Positions 7,023-16,890 of a stretch of DNA of 64,000 bases are shown in pieces. Source of the stretch: Patescibacteria group bacterium. Its GTDB lineage: Bacteria; Patescibacteriota; Minisyncoccia; Phycocordibacterales; UBA9973. The stretch's first letter is position 1. Each line of letters opens with the position of its first letter. The stretch lies in NCBI GenBank assembly GCA_040388575.1, contig JAZKBO010000006.1, positions 43,250-107,249 on the forward strand. The letters run 5' to 3'. Made by a program: the position numbers and the translations under genes. The notes below the pieces were generated by a model, which was not told where the DNA came from, made no database searches, and worked only from the letters and a program-made list of their open reading frames with translations.

Positions 7023-8554
7023 GGGGTTGGCGGAGGCGGTAATTCCGGAGGTACGATAGGAGACGCTGGTGGGATGGCCATCGTATTAATTGGGAAAGAG
7101 GAATGGACAATTTCTCCATCGTTCAATTCAACTACAGGAAGTATTTTAACCTCGGGCATTATCATTTTATGTAATTCTGGTTGAATTATTGGCTGGGGCG
7201 CAATATAAGGTTTGATTACAGGTTCCGGTATTGGAATAGGCTTTGGCTTTATTTCGAACTGCACCCTTTCTTCGAAAGTTTTTGTTGTAGCTTCTGCCTG
7301 TTCATTCTTTTCATTGCGCATTAGTTTACCTGCCAGGCGCATGTAGCGGATGATGTGGTGACCAAATAAGTAGTGGAGTATTAACATAATGAGTCCGAGC
7401 AGGATTATGCCGAGTAGTATATAGACCAAATTATCCTGGATGAATTTTGAAATTTCTTGTGGCAAGCGCACATCAATAGACTCGTCCCGCACGTTGCCAG
7501 CTTTGTCCACAGCACGCACTATTACCTCAAGCGAGGCCTTGCCAGAGAGCGGCACTTGGAAAGGGCTCTCCGCATTTACGAATACTGGTGAGGCGGTGGT
7601 GGGCTGGCTTTTATCTATTACTCCGACTTCATAGTGATCCACGCCGGAGAGATTGTCAGTGGTGAAGAAGGAAACGAGAGTCTGCTCGGCATTAATTGTG
7701 GCAGCTACCAGGAAATTTGCTTTCGGGGTAAATTCCGCTGGCGGCGCAGTATCTATACGTATCAGGAAGTGCCCGGTAGTACTCCAAACGTTAGCCTTAT
7801 TTGCTTTGATATGGAAATACCAAAGGCCATCCGAAAGGGATTCGAAGGTTTTTGTACTTTCATCTGTTTCAATTATATTGTCAGGAATAGTGAAAGGTTT
7901 ATCATCTAACTCATAACTGAAGCCAGTCACGCCCGGATCCTTGATCCAAGAAAGTACCGGAGTATTGTTGTTGTACCAATCGGATTGAATTGGATGCGTC
8001 TCCGAAAATACCTGCACGCCTTCCGGTGCCTTGGTTAAAATAGTGTATTCCGCCCGGCCGAGGTCCACTTGGGCGCGCGTACCTAGGCCATCATTTAACA
8101 AAATGTTGGAACTGGCTGCAACGGAGACAGTGGCCGCTCCTGGAGCCTTGGCCATGAAAGTTATAGTGCCAATGAGGCCGGAACCAGTAGTAATACCATT
8201 CGGCACTACACCCACATAGCTGGCAGTACCGCGAGTATTATCAAATTGTGGCGGCTCCACCCAAACCCCGATGATGGATGTGCCACCGGTGGAGTTAATG
8301 ATGGAGAGTTTATCTTTATTGAAATTTACTCGGACTTCAATGCCGTTGATACTCCGGCCTTTGGTGTTGAGGAGTATCGGCACTTGGAAAGTAGAACCCT
8401 CCACAAAGGACCCGGAGCGTGGAGAAAATCCAACTTCAACTTGTGCCAAGAGCTTACTAGCGTCTACATTGACGGCCTGGGCATAAGCCTTCAAGCCAGA
8501 GAATATTATCAGGAAGGTTAGGAAATATATTATTGTGCGCTTAAGAATCAACAT
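7019..8554 (-). CDS. Surface scaffold protein with a signal peptide, a cohesin-like domain, Ig-like domains, one C-terminal TM helix and a Pro-rich cytoplasmic tail.
   Basis: 511 aa. An N-terminal signal (…AYAQA). The cohesin-like beta-domain 'GSFVEGSTFQVPILLNTKGRSINGIEVRVNFNKDKLSI…VWVEPPQ…ILLNDGLGT' is shared with the next two genes. TM 'LVYILLGIILLGLIMLILHYLF' is followed by a KPxP/Pro-rich tail. Paralogous to 8541..9668 and 9623..10516 (shared 'SGVDHYEV' vs 'SGIDHFLV' motif). Confidence 0.55.
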   Translation of the reverse strand: MLILKRTIIYFLTFLIIFSGLKAYAQAVNVDASKLLAQVEVGFSPRSGSFVEGSTFQVPILLNTKGRSINGIEVRVNFNKDKLSIINSTGGTSIIGVWVEPPQFDNTRGTASYVGVVPNGITTGSGLIGTITFMAKAPGAATVSVAASSNILLNDGLGTRAQVDLGRAEYTILTKAPEGVQVFSETHPIQSDWYNNNTPVLSWIKDPGVTGFSYELDDKPFTIPDNIIETDESTKTFESLSDGLWYFHIKANKANVWSTTGHFLIRIDTAPPAEFTPKANFLVAATINAEQTLVSFFTTDNLSGVDHYEVGVIDKSQPTTASPVFVNAESPFQVPLSGKASLEVIVRAVDKAGNVRDESIDVRLPQEISKFIQDNLVYILLGIILLGLIMLILHYLFGHHIIRYMRLAGKLMRNEKNEQAEATTKTFEERVQFEIKPKPIPIPEPVIKPYIAPQPIIQPELHKMIMPEVKILPVVELNDGEIVHSSFPINTMAIPPASPIVPPELPPPPTP

Positions 8555-9668
8555 CTTTTATTTTCTTGTCGATTATCTTTTCGGCATCGGTAATATCCTT
8601 CTTTATTTCAGTTAAAGTTTTATGATCTACGATATCCTCTTGTAGAAGGTCGAAGGACTTGTGAATAATGTCTTCCGTCTCGGCGAGTTTATGCTTATCC
8701 ACCCTCGTGCCTCTAGTTTTATCACGTTTTAGATGGTAATAAATACGAACAAGTAAATAAATAATGGCCAGAATAAGTAATAGCAATAAAATCCAAAATT
8801 CCGGAGTAATATCGGAAAATATTCCGCCAACTTTTACAATAATAGTATTGGACTGATCGCTGTTAGATTTATCTGGTCTTACCATTACCGCCGTTACAGT
8901 GTAATCACCACGTTTGAGGGATGTTGGAACAAGGATATTGAAGCTGCCGTCGGGCTCCGCCACGCCTACGATGTATACTTTTGCTCCCGCTGGCGATGTA
9001 AAGGTGACCAGTGTCTGCGCAGAAGGATAATCCGATGTGCCTAATATAGCGGGCGCGCCATACCTTGTGCCATACATTATTTCTGGCGCTTTGAGTGTAG
9101 GCTTCGGCTGAGGTTCTTCAACTGGAGTAGGGGTAGGCGTAGGTGTGGGGGCCGGATTTGGAGCAGGTGCTGTAGCTTGGGTTATCACATAATTCCCTCC
9201 CGTGAGAGCACCAGTGATGTCGGTACCCTCTCCGTCATTGGCTAGAATTTGTCCGGACTGAAATGTGATAGCCCCAGCACCTGCCTTTATGGCGCGAAGG
9301 TTAAGTGTAACGACTGTGCCAGAGGAACCACCGAAACCGCCGAGCGCGACGCCCTCGAACTTAACTGTGTTGCCATTGATCTTAGGCTCCGTAACCCAGA
9401 AATCCAAAACGGAATTGGTTTTAAATACTGATTCGATGGAAAAAACTGAAGTAGGCACAACTACCACCCCCGACACTGCGTTGAATGGAGTATTGTTGGA
9501 AGTTGCAATAACCTTGACGGTAACCCTGTCGCCAGTTTGATAATTCCCGGAGCTCGGACTAATAGATAGCGTAGCAGCAAGTGCCGGCCGCGGCAAAAAA
9601 TAGAACAATAAGACAAATACTGCTAACCCAAAAATTTTCGCAGCTTTTTTTTGAGCATTAGGGCGCAT
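8541..9668 (-). CDS. Surface scaffold protein with a signal peptide, a cohesin-like domain, a PT linker, an Ig-like domain, a C-terminal TM helix and a charged cytoplasmic tail.
   Basis: 375 aa. Signal '…PRPALAA'. Cohesin-like 'LSISPSSGNYQTGDRVTVKVIATSNNTPFNAVSGVVVVP…DFWVTEP…ILANDGEGT'. Linker 'PAPNPAPTPTPTPTP'. TM 'FWILLLLLILAIIYLLV' is followed by a Lys/Asp-rich tail. Confidence 0.55.
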   Translation of the reverse strand: MRPNAQKKAAKIFGLAVFVLLFYFLPRPALAATLSISPSSGNYQTGDRVTVKVIATSNNTPFNAVSGVVVVPTSVFSIESVFKTNSVLDFWVTEPKINGNTVKFEGVALGGFGGSSGTVVTLNLRAIKAGAGAITFQSGQILANDGEGTDITGALTGGNYVITQATAPAPNPAPTPTPTPTPVEEPQPKPTLKAPEIMYGTRYGAPAILGTSDYPSAQTLVTFTSPAGAKVYIVGVAEPDGSFNILVPTSLKRGDYTVTAVMVRPDKSNSDQSNTIIVKVGGIFSDITPEFWILLLLLILAIIYLLVRIYYHLKRDKTRGTRVDKHKLAETEDIIHKSFDLLQEDIVDHKTLTEIKKDITDAEKIIDKKIKDVDS

Positions 9669-10516
9669 GCTATAAGTAGTATAACAGGAATTAACACTTG
9701 CAGGAAGAGCGCAAATGAATTTTGGGCGCCTAATTTAACAATTCTTTCATTTTGAGACTTATCGATGGCTTTTATGGTAATTTTACTCTTTAAGGTTTGA
9801 TCATGGAGGAGGTAGGGGCTAACGGCAACTTGATATTTACCTCCCAAGCCCCAGGTATACCAAGGACTTTCACGTACTAGAAAGTGGTCTATCCCTGAAC
9901 CTTTATCGGTAGTGCTAAATACCAGGAAGTGTTGGCCGTCATAGATGCTGGCGTCGTTGGCCACATATGCATTGAAGTCTTCCGGCGGATTAGTATCAGC
10001 TACATTAAGATCGGTAGGTGCGTTTGTGACAGCGCTCGTAACTGTAAGAGTTAGCGGCACACCAGTTGTTGAAATTTTTGTGCCTAGCCCGTCATTTTTT
10101 AAAATTTGTAAATTACTCCAGTCGAGCTTACCCACGCCTTGTGCCTTGGCCTCAAGAATAAAAGAAAATAGGAACTTTTTCTCACCCGTGAACCCACCAG
10201 TAGTAATACCAGAGAAGGATATTTTACCAGTACCATCTTGGTGCGGTCGCTCTACCCAGAAATTTATTACAGAATTTCCATCACGGATTTCTTTAAGTTC
10301 AAAAATTTGGGATGGGTAAGTAATGGACCCCTCTACTGCATTTACTGAATCCTTCTGGGGGTCTAGCCACACATCTACTAGGAAACTTTCCTTTTGGGAA
10401 AAGCTGTTTTTATCCGTATGGAAGGAAATCTGCGCAGCTAAAGACACGCCCGGGGAAATAAAGAGGAGTATGAGCAAGATAATAAATTTTTTCATAATTG
10501 TTTTTTTGATTTTCAT
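9623..10516 (-). CDS. Surface scaffold protein with a signal peptide, a cohesin-like domain, an Ig-like domain and a C-terminal TM anchor.
   Basis: 297 aa. Signal '…GVSLAAQ'. Cohesin-like 'FLVDVWLDPQKDSVNAVEGSITYP…NFWVERP…ILKNDGLGT'. C-terminal TM 'LFLQVLIPVILLIACALML' followed by KKKLRKF. Confidence 0.55.
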   Translation of the reverse strand: MKIKKTIMKKFIILLILLFISPGVSLAAQISFHTDKNSFSQKESFLVDVWLDPQKDSVNAVEGSITYPSQIFELKEIRDGNSVINFWVERPHQDGTGKISFSGITTGGFTGEKKFLFSFILEAKAQGVGKLDWSNLQILKNDGLGTKISTTGVPLTLTVTSAVTNAPTDLNVADTNPPEDFNAYVANDASIYDGQHFLVFSTTDKGSGIDHFLVRESPWYTWGLGGKYQVAVSPYLLHDQTLKSKITIKAIDKSQNERIVKLGAQNSFALFLQVLIPVILLIACALMLKKKLRKFLG

Positions 10517-10537
10517 AAAATAATTTGCTAACTGTAA

Positions 10538-11602
10538 TTAGCCAGTCCAGTAATAGGCCATGATACTGAAGTCTATCAGGTTTATCACACCGTCGCCATT
10601 TAGATGCGCTTTTTCCTTAATTGCAAAAGCTGGACTCAAAGCTCTCTTGTACCAGAAAGCTGCGATAGAAAAGTCGATCAAGTTACAACGAGAGTCTTCA
10701 TTGAGGTCACATTTTGTAAGTTTACCAGGGGCTTCAGCTAGAACATTCTTAGTACCCACAATAAAGTGCGCCAAGTCACCAAAAGAACTAATCTCATTAC
10801 CCACCATGGCCTTACTCCTAGTACTATGGTTACCCATCGCAAGTACGGAAGTATCGAAATTGTGAAGGTATATTCCATCTTTGTCGCTGGTAGTATTGTT
10901 GAAAAATTCTTGTGCGGAATTCACGCTAATAACCACCGTGGCTGCTTGAGCACTCTGGCCGAAAATGGTTATATTGTCACCCTGCTTAACCTCGCTTTTA
11001 TCCACGGCAATAGTTGGCGCGATAAATATGCCGCCGATATTAGTCGTTACTCCCTCTGTGATATAGATCTGGAATGTAAATGGGCTCGAGCGCATTCCAC
11101 TTTTGTCTTCACCATAAACGGAAAAAGTATAGTCACCCGATGCGAGCCCGGAAAGTGTCGCGGTAAATTTACTATCGGGACCTGCAATAGTGGAGAGCAC
11201 CAGCTGCCCATCTTTTAGGAAGCTTACTTTAGATAATGGATATGCTCGGCCCGAAAAAGTAACGCCAGTTATGACTCCAGTGTTGCCACCACCTCCGCCG
11301 CCACCGCCACCAGGTGTGGGAGTAGGAGAGGGAGTTATGGACGCACCAGAGAAGTAAAGGAATCCATAATGTCCTAAAAATGTAGTGGAAGAATTTGCTC
11401 CTGTTAGGAGGGGGTCGAGTGATTGAAACATGCGGAAAGTGCCAGATGCACCATAGCCACCGCCCACACCTATTACCGGATCACGCAGAATAAAATTGCT
11501 GCTGGTTAAATCTTTAGCATCAGCTCTACTTAAACCCAAAAATCCTAACAGAACAAAAGTTAAAAGACATAAAAAAAAATTAATGTATGGCTTCTCGATC
11601 AT
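10538..11602 (-). CDS. Secreted protein with a Gly9 run, Ig-like beta domains and a C-terminal type-I dockerin module.
   Basis: 354 aa. Signal peptide (…LSRADAK). Linker 'PSPTPTPGGGGGGGGGN'. The C-terminal duplicated Ca-binding dockerin segments 'CDLNEDSRCNLIDFSIAAFWYK' and 'HLNGDGVINLIDFSIMAYYW' match the type-I dockerin pattern DxNxDGxxNxxDxxxL. Confidence 0.7.
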   Translation of the reverse strand: MIEKPYINFFLCLLTFVLLGFLGLSRADAKDLTSSNFILRDPVIGVGGGYGASGTFRMFQSLDPLLTGANSSTTFLGHYGFLYFSGASITPSPTPTPGGGGGGGGGNTGVITGVTFSGRAYPLSKVSFLKDGQLVLSTIAGPDSKFTATLSGLASGDYTFSVYGEDKSGMRSSPFTFQIYITEGVTTNIGGIFIAPTIAVDKSEVKQGDNITIFGQSAQAATVVISVNSAQEFFNNTTSDKDGIYLHNFDTSVLAMGNHSTRSKAMVGNEISSFGDLAHFIVGTKNVLAEAPGKLTKCDLNEDSRCNLIDFSIAAFWYKRALSPAFAIKEKAHLNGDGVINLIDFSIMAYYWTG

Positions 11603-11608
11603 AAAAAA

Positions 11609-12049
11609 TTAGAGACTGCCGCCTTTGTACTGCTTGATAGCTTCCAACACCTTAGAATCACTCTTCATATTTTCCCAGAACAAAACTTTATCTTTTTCGA
11701 TAAACATCTGACCCTCCGGACCATGCAGCTCCCCGCCTAGTTGCACTAGTTGAATTTTCTGCTGTGGATTAGCAACTGGAACAGGGCTTTTGGCATCAGT
11801 GACCACGCCTTCTGGCTGCAGTGCATCTTTAGCTTCAAGATAATAAACGTCTTTTAAAACAATCCAGGAGCCAGATGTGGATAATTTACCAAAATAAGCC
11901 TGCCCGTTAGTTAGAAAAACTGCTTGATAGGAATTCTCATTCTGTGGAGAAAATAAACTACTACCACCGAAGAAAAAATAGAAGGCGCCTGCGCCGATAA
12001 TAATTATTAGTAATACTACCCATACTGACTTCTTTATTCTGTATTGCAT
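11609..12049 (-). CDS. Hypothetical N-terminally membrane-anchored small protein (146 aa).
   Basis: N-terminal TM 'VWVVLLIIIIGAGAFYFFF' followed by a soluble domain with no recognisable motif. It is embedded co-directionally between the dockerin-protein gene and the paralog array. Confidence 0.4.
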   Translation of the reverse strand: MQYRIKKSVWVVLLIIIIGAGAFYFFFGGSSLFSPQNENSYQAVFLTNGQAYFGKLSTSGSWIVLKDVYYLEAKDALQPEGVVTDAKSPVPVANPQQKIQLVQLGGELHGPEGQMFIEKDKVLFWENMKSDSKVLEAIKQYKGGSL

Positions 12050-12132
12050 CGTTTACATTATAACATAAGTAAGGTGCGAGGGAACAGGTATGAGGTATCA
12101 GCCTTAATAACTCTACGCTCTAGCCTCCTCCC

Positions 12133-14610
12133 TTAATTGCTGCGGAACCAATTCCTGTTTAATATTGAGAAGTCGATAGAGTTAACTATACCATCATGAT
12201 TCAGATCCGCAGCAGAGTTAGCAGTAAACCAAACTAAACTCATGATAGACCAGTCGAGGGAGTTGACGATACCATCAGAGTTTAAATCCCCCGCTATTGG
12301 GGAAGATATTGGTGAAGGCGTTGGTGCTGGTGCGGGAGTAGATGAGGTGTTGGGTTTGAAAGTAGCAATAGATATTTCCCATGGACCATAGATAGTGTTA
12401 CCGGTAGCACTGTAGCTGCCAGCCGCACTGATCTGACGATATTGGGTCATTTGAGTGTTGAGAGTAGCTACGACGCTAGCCCAACCACTACCCGGAACAT
12501 TTACACTTCCGTATTGGCTCAAACTTAAGCCCACTCCAAAACCTGGGCCGGTGGTTGTGGCAACACCCGAGTTAGGAGCACCACTCGTAGCAGAGTTGGA
12601 AGAAGTGTCGGCGAGAATATAGTCCCCTTTAATTTCCATGACGCTAACACCGGTAACTTGAGCGCCTGCGCCCCCGCTCACATGAATAGTTGGAGTACCT
12701 GCTGCTATATTGTGTGCGTAATAAATTGCACTGTCTTGGCCATAACTACCTGTGTACTCTACGGCTTTAGTATATGTATTTACTCCATCAGTAGGCGCCA
12801 CAATAGTGGTGCCGTACCAGCCGGAGATTGCGACTACTAGTGTGTTGCCTGTGGTCACAGGACTTTGTAAAGAAACGGTTCCATTTGATAGTCCAGAGCC
12901 AGATTGAACTAATGACCCCGCGCCACTTCCTGCTGTCGGGCCAACATTTAGTGAAATAGTTGGGCCCGGAGTGGGCGTTGGTGTAGGTGATGGAGAAGGA
13001 CTAGGAGATGGAGATGGAGAAGGTGGAGGAGTAGACGGTGTTGGATTAATTATTGGGGTATTGGTGTCACTGACTGAATAAACATACACGATTGAATTCC
13101 TAATTCCATAGGCTGCCGTGGCAGTACCTACGTTGTTAATAGCTATAAAAATTTGATTGGTCGCTGGATCAAAAGCCGAACCAATAACTGAAGTCAAAGC
13201 TTGATCGCTACCTGGGTAAATGGAAGGAAGCTCTCCATAAGTTGGCGTCCATTCGCTTGTAGGATCGGGGTCATATGGATTTATTATACCTTGCGCAACT
13301 TTCCCTAAATCGTAAGGACTGTAAACTTGCCAACGAGGTATATAACGTGTAGCAAAAATGTGTGCCCAAATATACATATTTCCAGCTTGTGCATAGCCCC
13401 CGACAATAGCAGGAGTGCCCCTACCACCCGTACCTTCTTGTTTATAAGTTATGGTATTACCACTAACACCAGTAATTCTAATAACATCGCCTGTATATTT
13501 GTCATTCACAGCATCAGGACCCGTGGCAGTTTGAAGGTAAAGCACATCCCCTGGCACAAGAACTTTGTTGCCTTTCATCGTTACCGATGCGAGCGTTGCA
13601 GAGGTCGAAGTCGGTGGCGGAGAAGCTAAAACAGTTGTATTCAAATCACCTTCCATCATTGTAGGGAAAACTAAAATACCAGTTTTATTGGGCGTATCTA
13701 CCCATACTGCCGCTTGACGCAACCAAGTAGCTGGGGACCAATAACCTTGATTGCCTACAGGGTTTGTATAAGGCTGATAATAATCCATATAATCAATATT
13801 CGAAGTACGAGCAGCTATTGGGTCAGAGCCAAATAAATAGCGTTGAAGAATAACACTAGGCGTGAAGTTGAGTGTGTCCGGGCAATTGTTAGTGCCAGTA
13901 TCCGGAATGTATGCAGTAAAACTAGGACCAAGCGAAGAAGCTCCGAAAAGAGATGATCGCGTGCGGCTACCGAAACCTGCCGCTAAACGGTATGCTGTCG
14001 ATGGTAAGTATTGACTGGCAAACCAGCTCGGAATAGGCAAGATTCCGTTTTCGGTGAGGCGATTATTTTGATTAAAAGCATAACAGCCAACGTCAGTAAT
14101 AGTATTAGTAGTGTCGTTAAGCGTAGAAGCACCGACACTGTAGTTAGGTACGTTGACCCCATAGGCATCACCGTGATTCCAATATAATCGATTAAGAGTT
14201 TCATCCCAATATAAACCAGAGATAGTATTTTGAGCTGTAGTATTGGGAAGAATTTGTTTCGGGTACATGCCGCCAGTATAAGTATGTTCAAGAGTGGCCA
14301 TTGGATACCTAGGAACGAGAGAAAATCCTGGGTCGTTCACTTGATGAACTTCTTTTGTAGTGTTGTCGGGCTGATGATAATAGAGGAAATGCCTAACTCC
14401 ATTTATATATCTAATAGTAAAGCCTTTGATATCCCCTGGCACTTCAAAAGCCCCTAAGTAGGTGATGTCGTTTTTAGTAATGACAGACTTAGCAGCTGCT
14501 TCTGCTTGGTTAGGATTGTAGGTTATTTTTATTTGACCAACCAAAAAATTCCCGACCAGTAAGCATACTGCTACTAATACTGCCCAATGCTCGTGACGAT
14601 GTGTATACAT
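12133..14610 (-). CDS. Secreted dockerin-tagged protein, member 1 of a six-paralog family (His-rich signal peptide, Cys-rich globular domain, PS/PT linkers, extra ~330-aa C-terminal beta domain, type-I dockerin).
   Basis: 825 aa. N-terminus 'MYTHRHEHWAVLVAVCLLVGNFLVGQIKITYNPNQAEAA' (H-rich n-region, h-region, AxA cleavage site). Linker '[20 protein letters not shown]'. C-terminal domain 'TISLNVGPTAG…VVAISGWYG…YYAHN'. C-terminal dockerin 'AGDLNSDGIVNSLDWSIMSLVWFTANSAADLNHDGIVNSIDFSILNRNWF'. Confidence 0.7.
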   Translation of the reverse strand: MYTHRHEHWAVLVAVCLLVGNFLVGQIKITYNPNQAEAAAKSVITKNDITYLGAFEVPGDIKGFTIRYINGVRHFLYYHQPDNTTKEVHQVNDPGFSLVPRYPMATLEHTYTGGMYPKQILPNTTAQNTISGLYWDETLNRLYWNHGDAYGVNVPNYSVGASTLNDTTNTITDVGCYAFNQNNRLTENGILPIPSWFASQYLPSTAYRLAAGFGSRTRSSLFGASSLGPSFTAYIPDTGTNNCPDTLNFTPSVILQRYLFGSDPIAARTSNIDYMDYYQPYTNPVGNQGYWSPATWLRQAAVWVDTPNKTGILVFPTMMEGDLNTTVLASPPPTSTSATLASVTMKGNKVLVPGDVLYLQTATGPDAVNDKYTGDVIRITGVSGNTITYKQEGTGGRGTPAIVGGYAQAGNMYIWAHIFATRYIPRWQVYSPYDLGKVAQGIINPYDPDPTSEWTPTYGELPSIYPGSDQALTSVIGSAFDPATNQIFIAINNVGTATAAYGIRNSIVYVYSVSDTNTPIINPTPSTPPPSPSPSPSPSPSPTPTPTPGPTISLNVGPTAGSGAGSLVQSGSGLSNGTVSLQSPVTTGNTLVVAISGWYGTTIVAPTDGVNTYTKAVEYTGSYGQDSAIYYAHNIAAGTPTIHVSGGAGAQVTGVSVMEIKGDYILADTSSNSATSGAPNSGVATTTGPGFGVGLSLSQYGSVNVPGSGWASVVATLNTQMTQYRQISAAGSYSATGNTIYGPWEISIATFKPNTSSTPAPAPTPSPISSPIAGDLNSDGIVNSLDWSIMSLVWFTANSAADLNHDGIVNSIDFSILNRNWFRSN
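12146..12386. repeat. Roughly 240-bp exact repeat (copy A), shared with 16905..17145. Encodes the dockerin and linker at the 3' ends of two paralogs.
   Basis: By eye the two stretches are identical from 'aaccaattcctgtttaatattgagaagtcgatagag…' to '…gatatttcccatggac'. The downstream about 700 bp remain similar but diverged. Confidence 0.7.
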
Positions 14611-14626
14611 ATATACTATTTTACCA

Positions 14627-16885
14627 TTAATTACTCTTAAACCAATTTCGGTTAAGGATGCTAAAGTCGATCGAGTTCACGATACCGTCGTGATTTAAGT
14701 CCGCATTTGCATTTGAAGTGAACCATACGATACTCATGATAGACCAGTCGAGGGAGTTAACGATGCCGTCGGCATTCAAGTCCCCTGCAAGTGGTGCACT
14801 AGTACATGCCGGTTCGGTGGCTCCTACTAAAACCCAATCCTTAGTGGATTCATTCCAGTGGTACCAATTATTGTATCTATCATCAAACACATTAACTATG
14901 CCATTAATAAACTTGTAGTAAGGTCCGTGCGCACCGGCTTTATTGCCTCCGCCAGGTAACGAGTAGTCACCATCACGTAGCGTCCACCCGCTTGTGCTGC
15001 TAGTAGGTCCGAAAGTCCAAACATGGCCGAGTGCATCAGTACCTGATGTAACTAAGGTGCAAGGAGCACCGGAAGAAGGTGGGGTCGGCGTTGGTGTAGG
15101 ACTTGGTGTTGGAGATGGTGATGGACTTGGTGCTGGCGCGGGAGCTGGAGGCGGTGTCCCCGGGCTCGCTGTTGGCGGCGTAACTGCATTTGGTCCAACA
15201 TTGAAAACATAGATAGCGTCAGAAACTTGGTATAAAGGATTGTTACCATTTTTAAAAGCTATCATCATTTGATGAGCAAGGGGGTCTGTAATGGTACTAA
15301 CTGGAGGGTAAGTTTCTGTACCAAGATATCCATAATTAACTCCATGGCCACAATTTGGGCAGCCGAAACCTGGCACCAACGAAGACATATCGATTTCCTG
15401 ATTGTAAGAAACATCATATGGTTGTCTGGTACCCGCAATCACTTGCGCATATTGAGCTGGATCATATATTTGAAGTAAAAATACTCCGCGGGAACAACTA
15501 GGCTCACCGTGCATGTATATACAACCATCGAGAACTTCACCACCCACGATTGGCTTGTGGTCACCACTACCAAAATCAGAGTTTAGATTATGATACGCAA
15601 TTTTTCCTGTACTAGGATTGACTGAATCGACAACCATAAAGGAAAAGTCGCGACCATTAGCATTACTGTCACAACCAGGGTCCACTCCGAACCTACAAGT
15701 CTTCACCCATATTAAGTCACCTGTATTTATATTCAGTCCGTCATGTGTAGAAGTAGAAGGCACATAAAAAACTCCTGTTTGATAAAATCCAGAATTATCT
15801 ATTGTAGGAGCTGGTGAAGCTAGCACCGTAGTATTAGCCCAACCTTCGGGTGCCAAAATAGGCACAACTATTCCCTGCTTCGCACCATCGTCGTACCAAC
15901 CCATACTAAAAGTTGAATTAAAACCAAACCAACCATGCCCCTGCCAAGGATCCCAATCCGGCTCATACATTGATTTAGAATAAGTATTCAATCCTAATTT
16001 TGCAGGATACGGCGCAGTGGGCGCTTGCGTTGGTGTACATCCGAGCCCCAAAACACTACAAGTTGGTCCAACAGGATTTTGTCCGTATTGAGCCAGAACA
16101 GTACCACTACCTATAAAAGTATCAGTGTTTGGAGTACAAGGATTCGGAGCGGGTGGAGGTACTGCAAATAGTGTAGGCCCTAGAGAAACTCCAACATAAG
16201 AACCTAGTGGGCCACCGTAGCCCACACCCCAGCGAGCACCGGCTGGCAAATTTGCAGATACGAATGAATTAGGAATACTCAAAACTCCGCCTGCCGCCTG
16301 CGACTGAATGACACCAGTAAGCGCCCAGCAGCCCACATTACTGAAAGTGTGAGTAGAATTATTAAGGGTCATGGCAGCAAATGAATTGTGTGGTGGCGCA
16401 AGTGAGTAGGTATTGCTCCAATTTAATATTAATTCCGAAAGTACACTATCGTAACTTAAGCCCATGCCAACCACAGAAGAATTTTGGAAAGGAGTGCTAC
16501 CAGGACTTCCATTTACAGTAAAAGATCCCCAATCCCCGCCCCAGCTTTCCATAGTTGCTCGATTTACACTTGTTAGAGGAGTATTGCAGGGCATTAAAGT
16601 TGGTTCTGGAAATTCGTAGACATGCTTGTCACCAGCAAAAATAAAATAATGGCGGCTACCGTTTTCATAACGCATTGCTACTGGGTAGCGTGAGCCACCC
16701 TGATCGGAAACCCCGGGAGTTATAAATACGCCTGCGCAAGTGATATCGGAAGTTTGAAGTAAACTACCTGCCGCCTCGGCTTTATCAGTATTGTAGGTTA
16801 TATTTATTTGACCAACTAGAAAAAATCCTACAAATATACTCACTGCTACTAATATCCCCCAATGTATGTGCTTATGTTGATTCAT
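14627..16885 (-). CDS. Secreted dockerin-tagged protein, paralog family member 2.
   Basis: 752 aa. N-terminus 'MNQHKHIHWGILVAVSIFVGFFLVGQINITYNTDKAEAA'. Conserved core motifs (CAGVF, MRYENGSRHYF, PCNTP, GHGWFGF, GWYDDG, QIYDPAQYAQV). Linker '[21 protein letters not shown]'. C-terminal dockerin 'AGDLNADGIVNSLDWSIMSIVWFTSNANADLNHDGIVNSIDFSILNRNWF'. Confidence 0.7.
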   Translation of the reverse strand: MNQHKHIHWGILVAVSIFVGFFLVGQINITYNTDKAEAAGSLLQTSDITCAGVFITPGVSDQGGSRYPVAMRYENGSRHYFIFAGDKHVYEFPEPTLMPCNTPLTSVNRATMESWGGDWGSFTVNGSPGSTPFQNSSVVGMGLSYDSVLSELILNWSNTYSLAPPHNSFAAMTLNNSTHTFSNVGCWALTGVIQSQAAGGVLSIPNSFVSANLPAGARWGVGYGGPLGSYVGVSLGPTLFAVPPPAPNPCTPNTDTFIGSGTVLAQYGQNPVGPTCSVLGLGCTPTQAPTAPYPAKLGLNTYSKSMYEPDWDPWQGHGWFGFNSTFSMGWYDDGAKQGIVVPILAPEGWANTTVLASPAPTIDNSGFYQTGVFYVPSTSTHDGLNINTGDLIWVKTCRFGVDPGCDSNANGRDFSFMVVDSVNPSTGKIAYHNLNSDFGSGDHKPIVGGEVLDGCIYMHGEPSCSRGVFLLQIYDPAQYAQVIAGTRQPYDVSYNQEIDMSSLVPGFGCPNCGHGVNYGYLGTETYPPVSTITDPLAHQMMIAFKNGNNPLYQVSDAIYVFNVGPNAVTPPTASPGTPPPAPAPAPSPSPSPTPSPTPTPTPPSSGAPCTLVTSGTDALGHVWTFGPTSSTSGWTLRDGDYSLPGGGNKAGAHGPYYKFINGIVNVFDDRYNNWYHWNESTKDWVLVGATEPACTSAPLAGDLNADGIVNSLDWSIMSIVWFTSNANADLNHDGIVNSIDFSILNRNWFKSN

Positions 16886-16890
16886 ATTTC

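Noticed and set aside
12958-13030. Short-period PS/PT-coding repeats (for example ggagatggagatggagaagg) that could be mistaken for a CRISPR-like or microsatellite array. They recur in every paralog.
   Set aside because: They are in-frame Pro-Thr/Pro-Ser linker codons within coding sequence. The repeats are irregular, have no spacers, and no cas genes are nearby.
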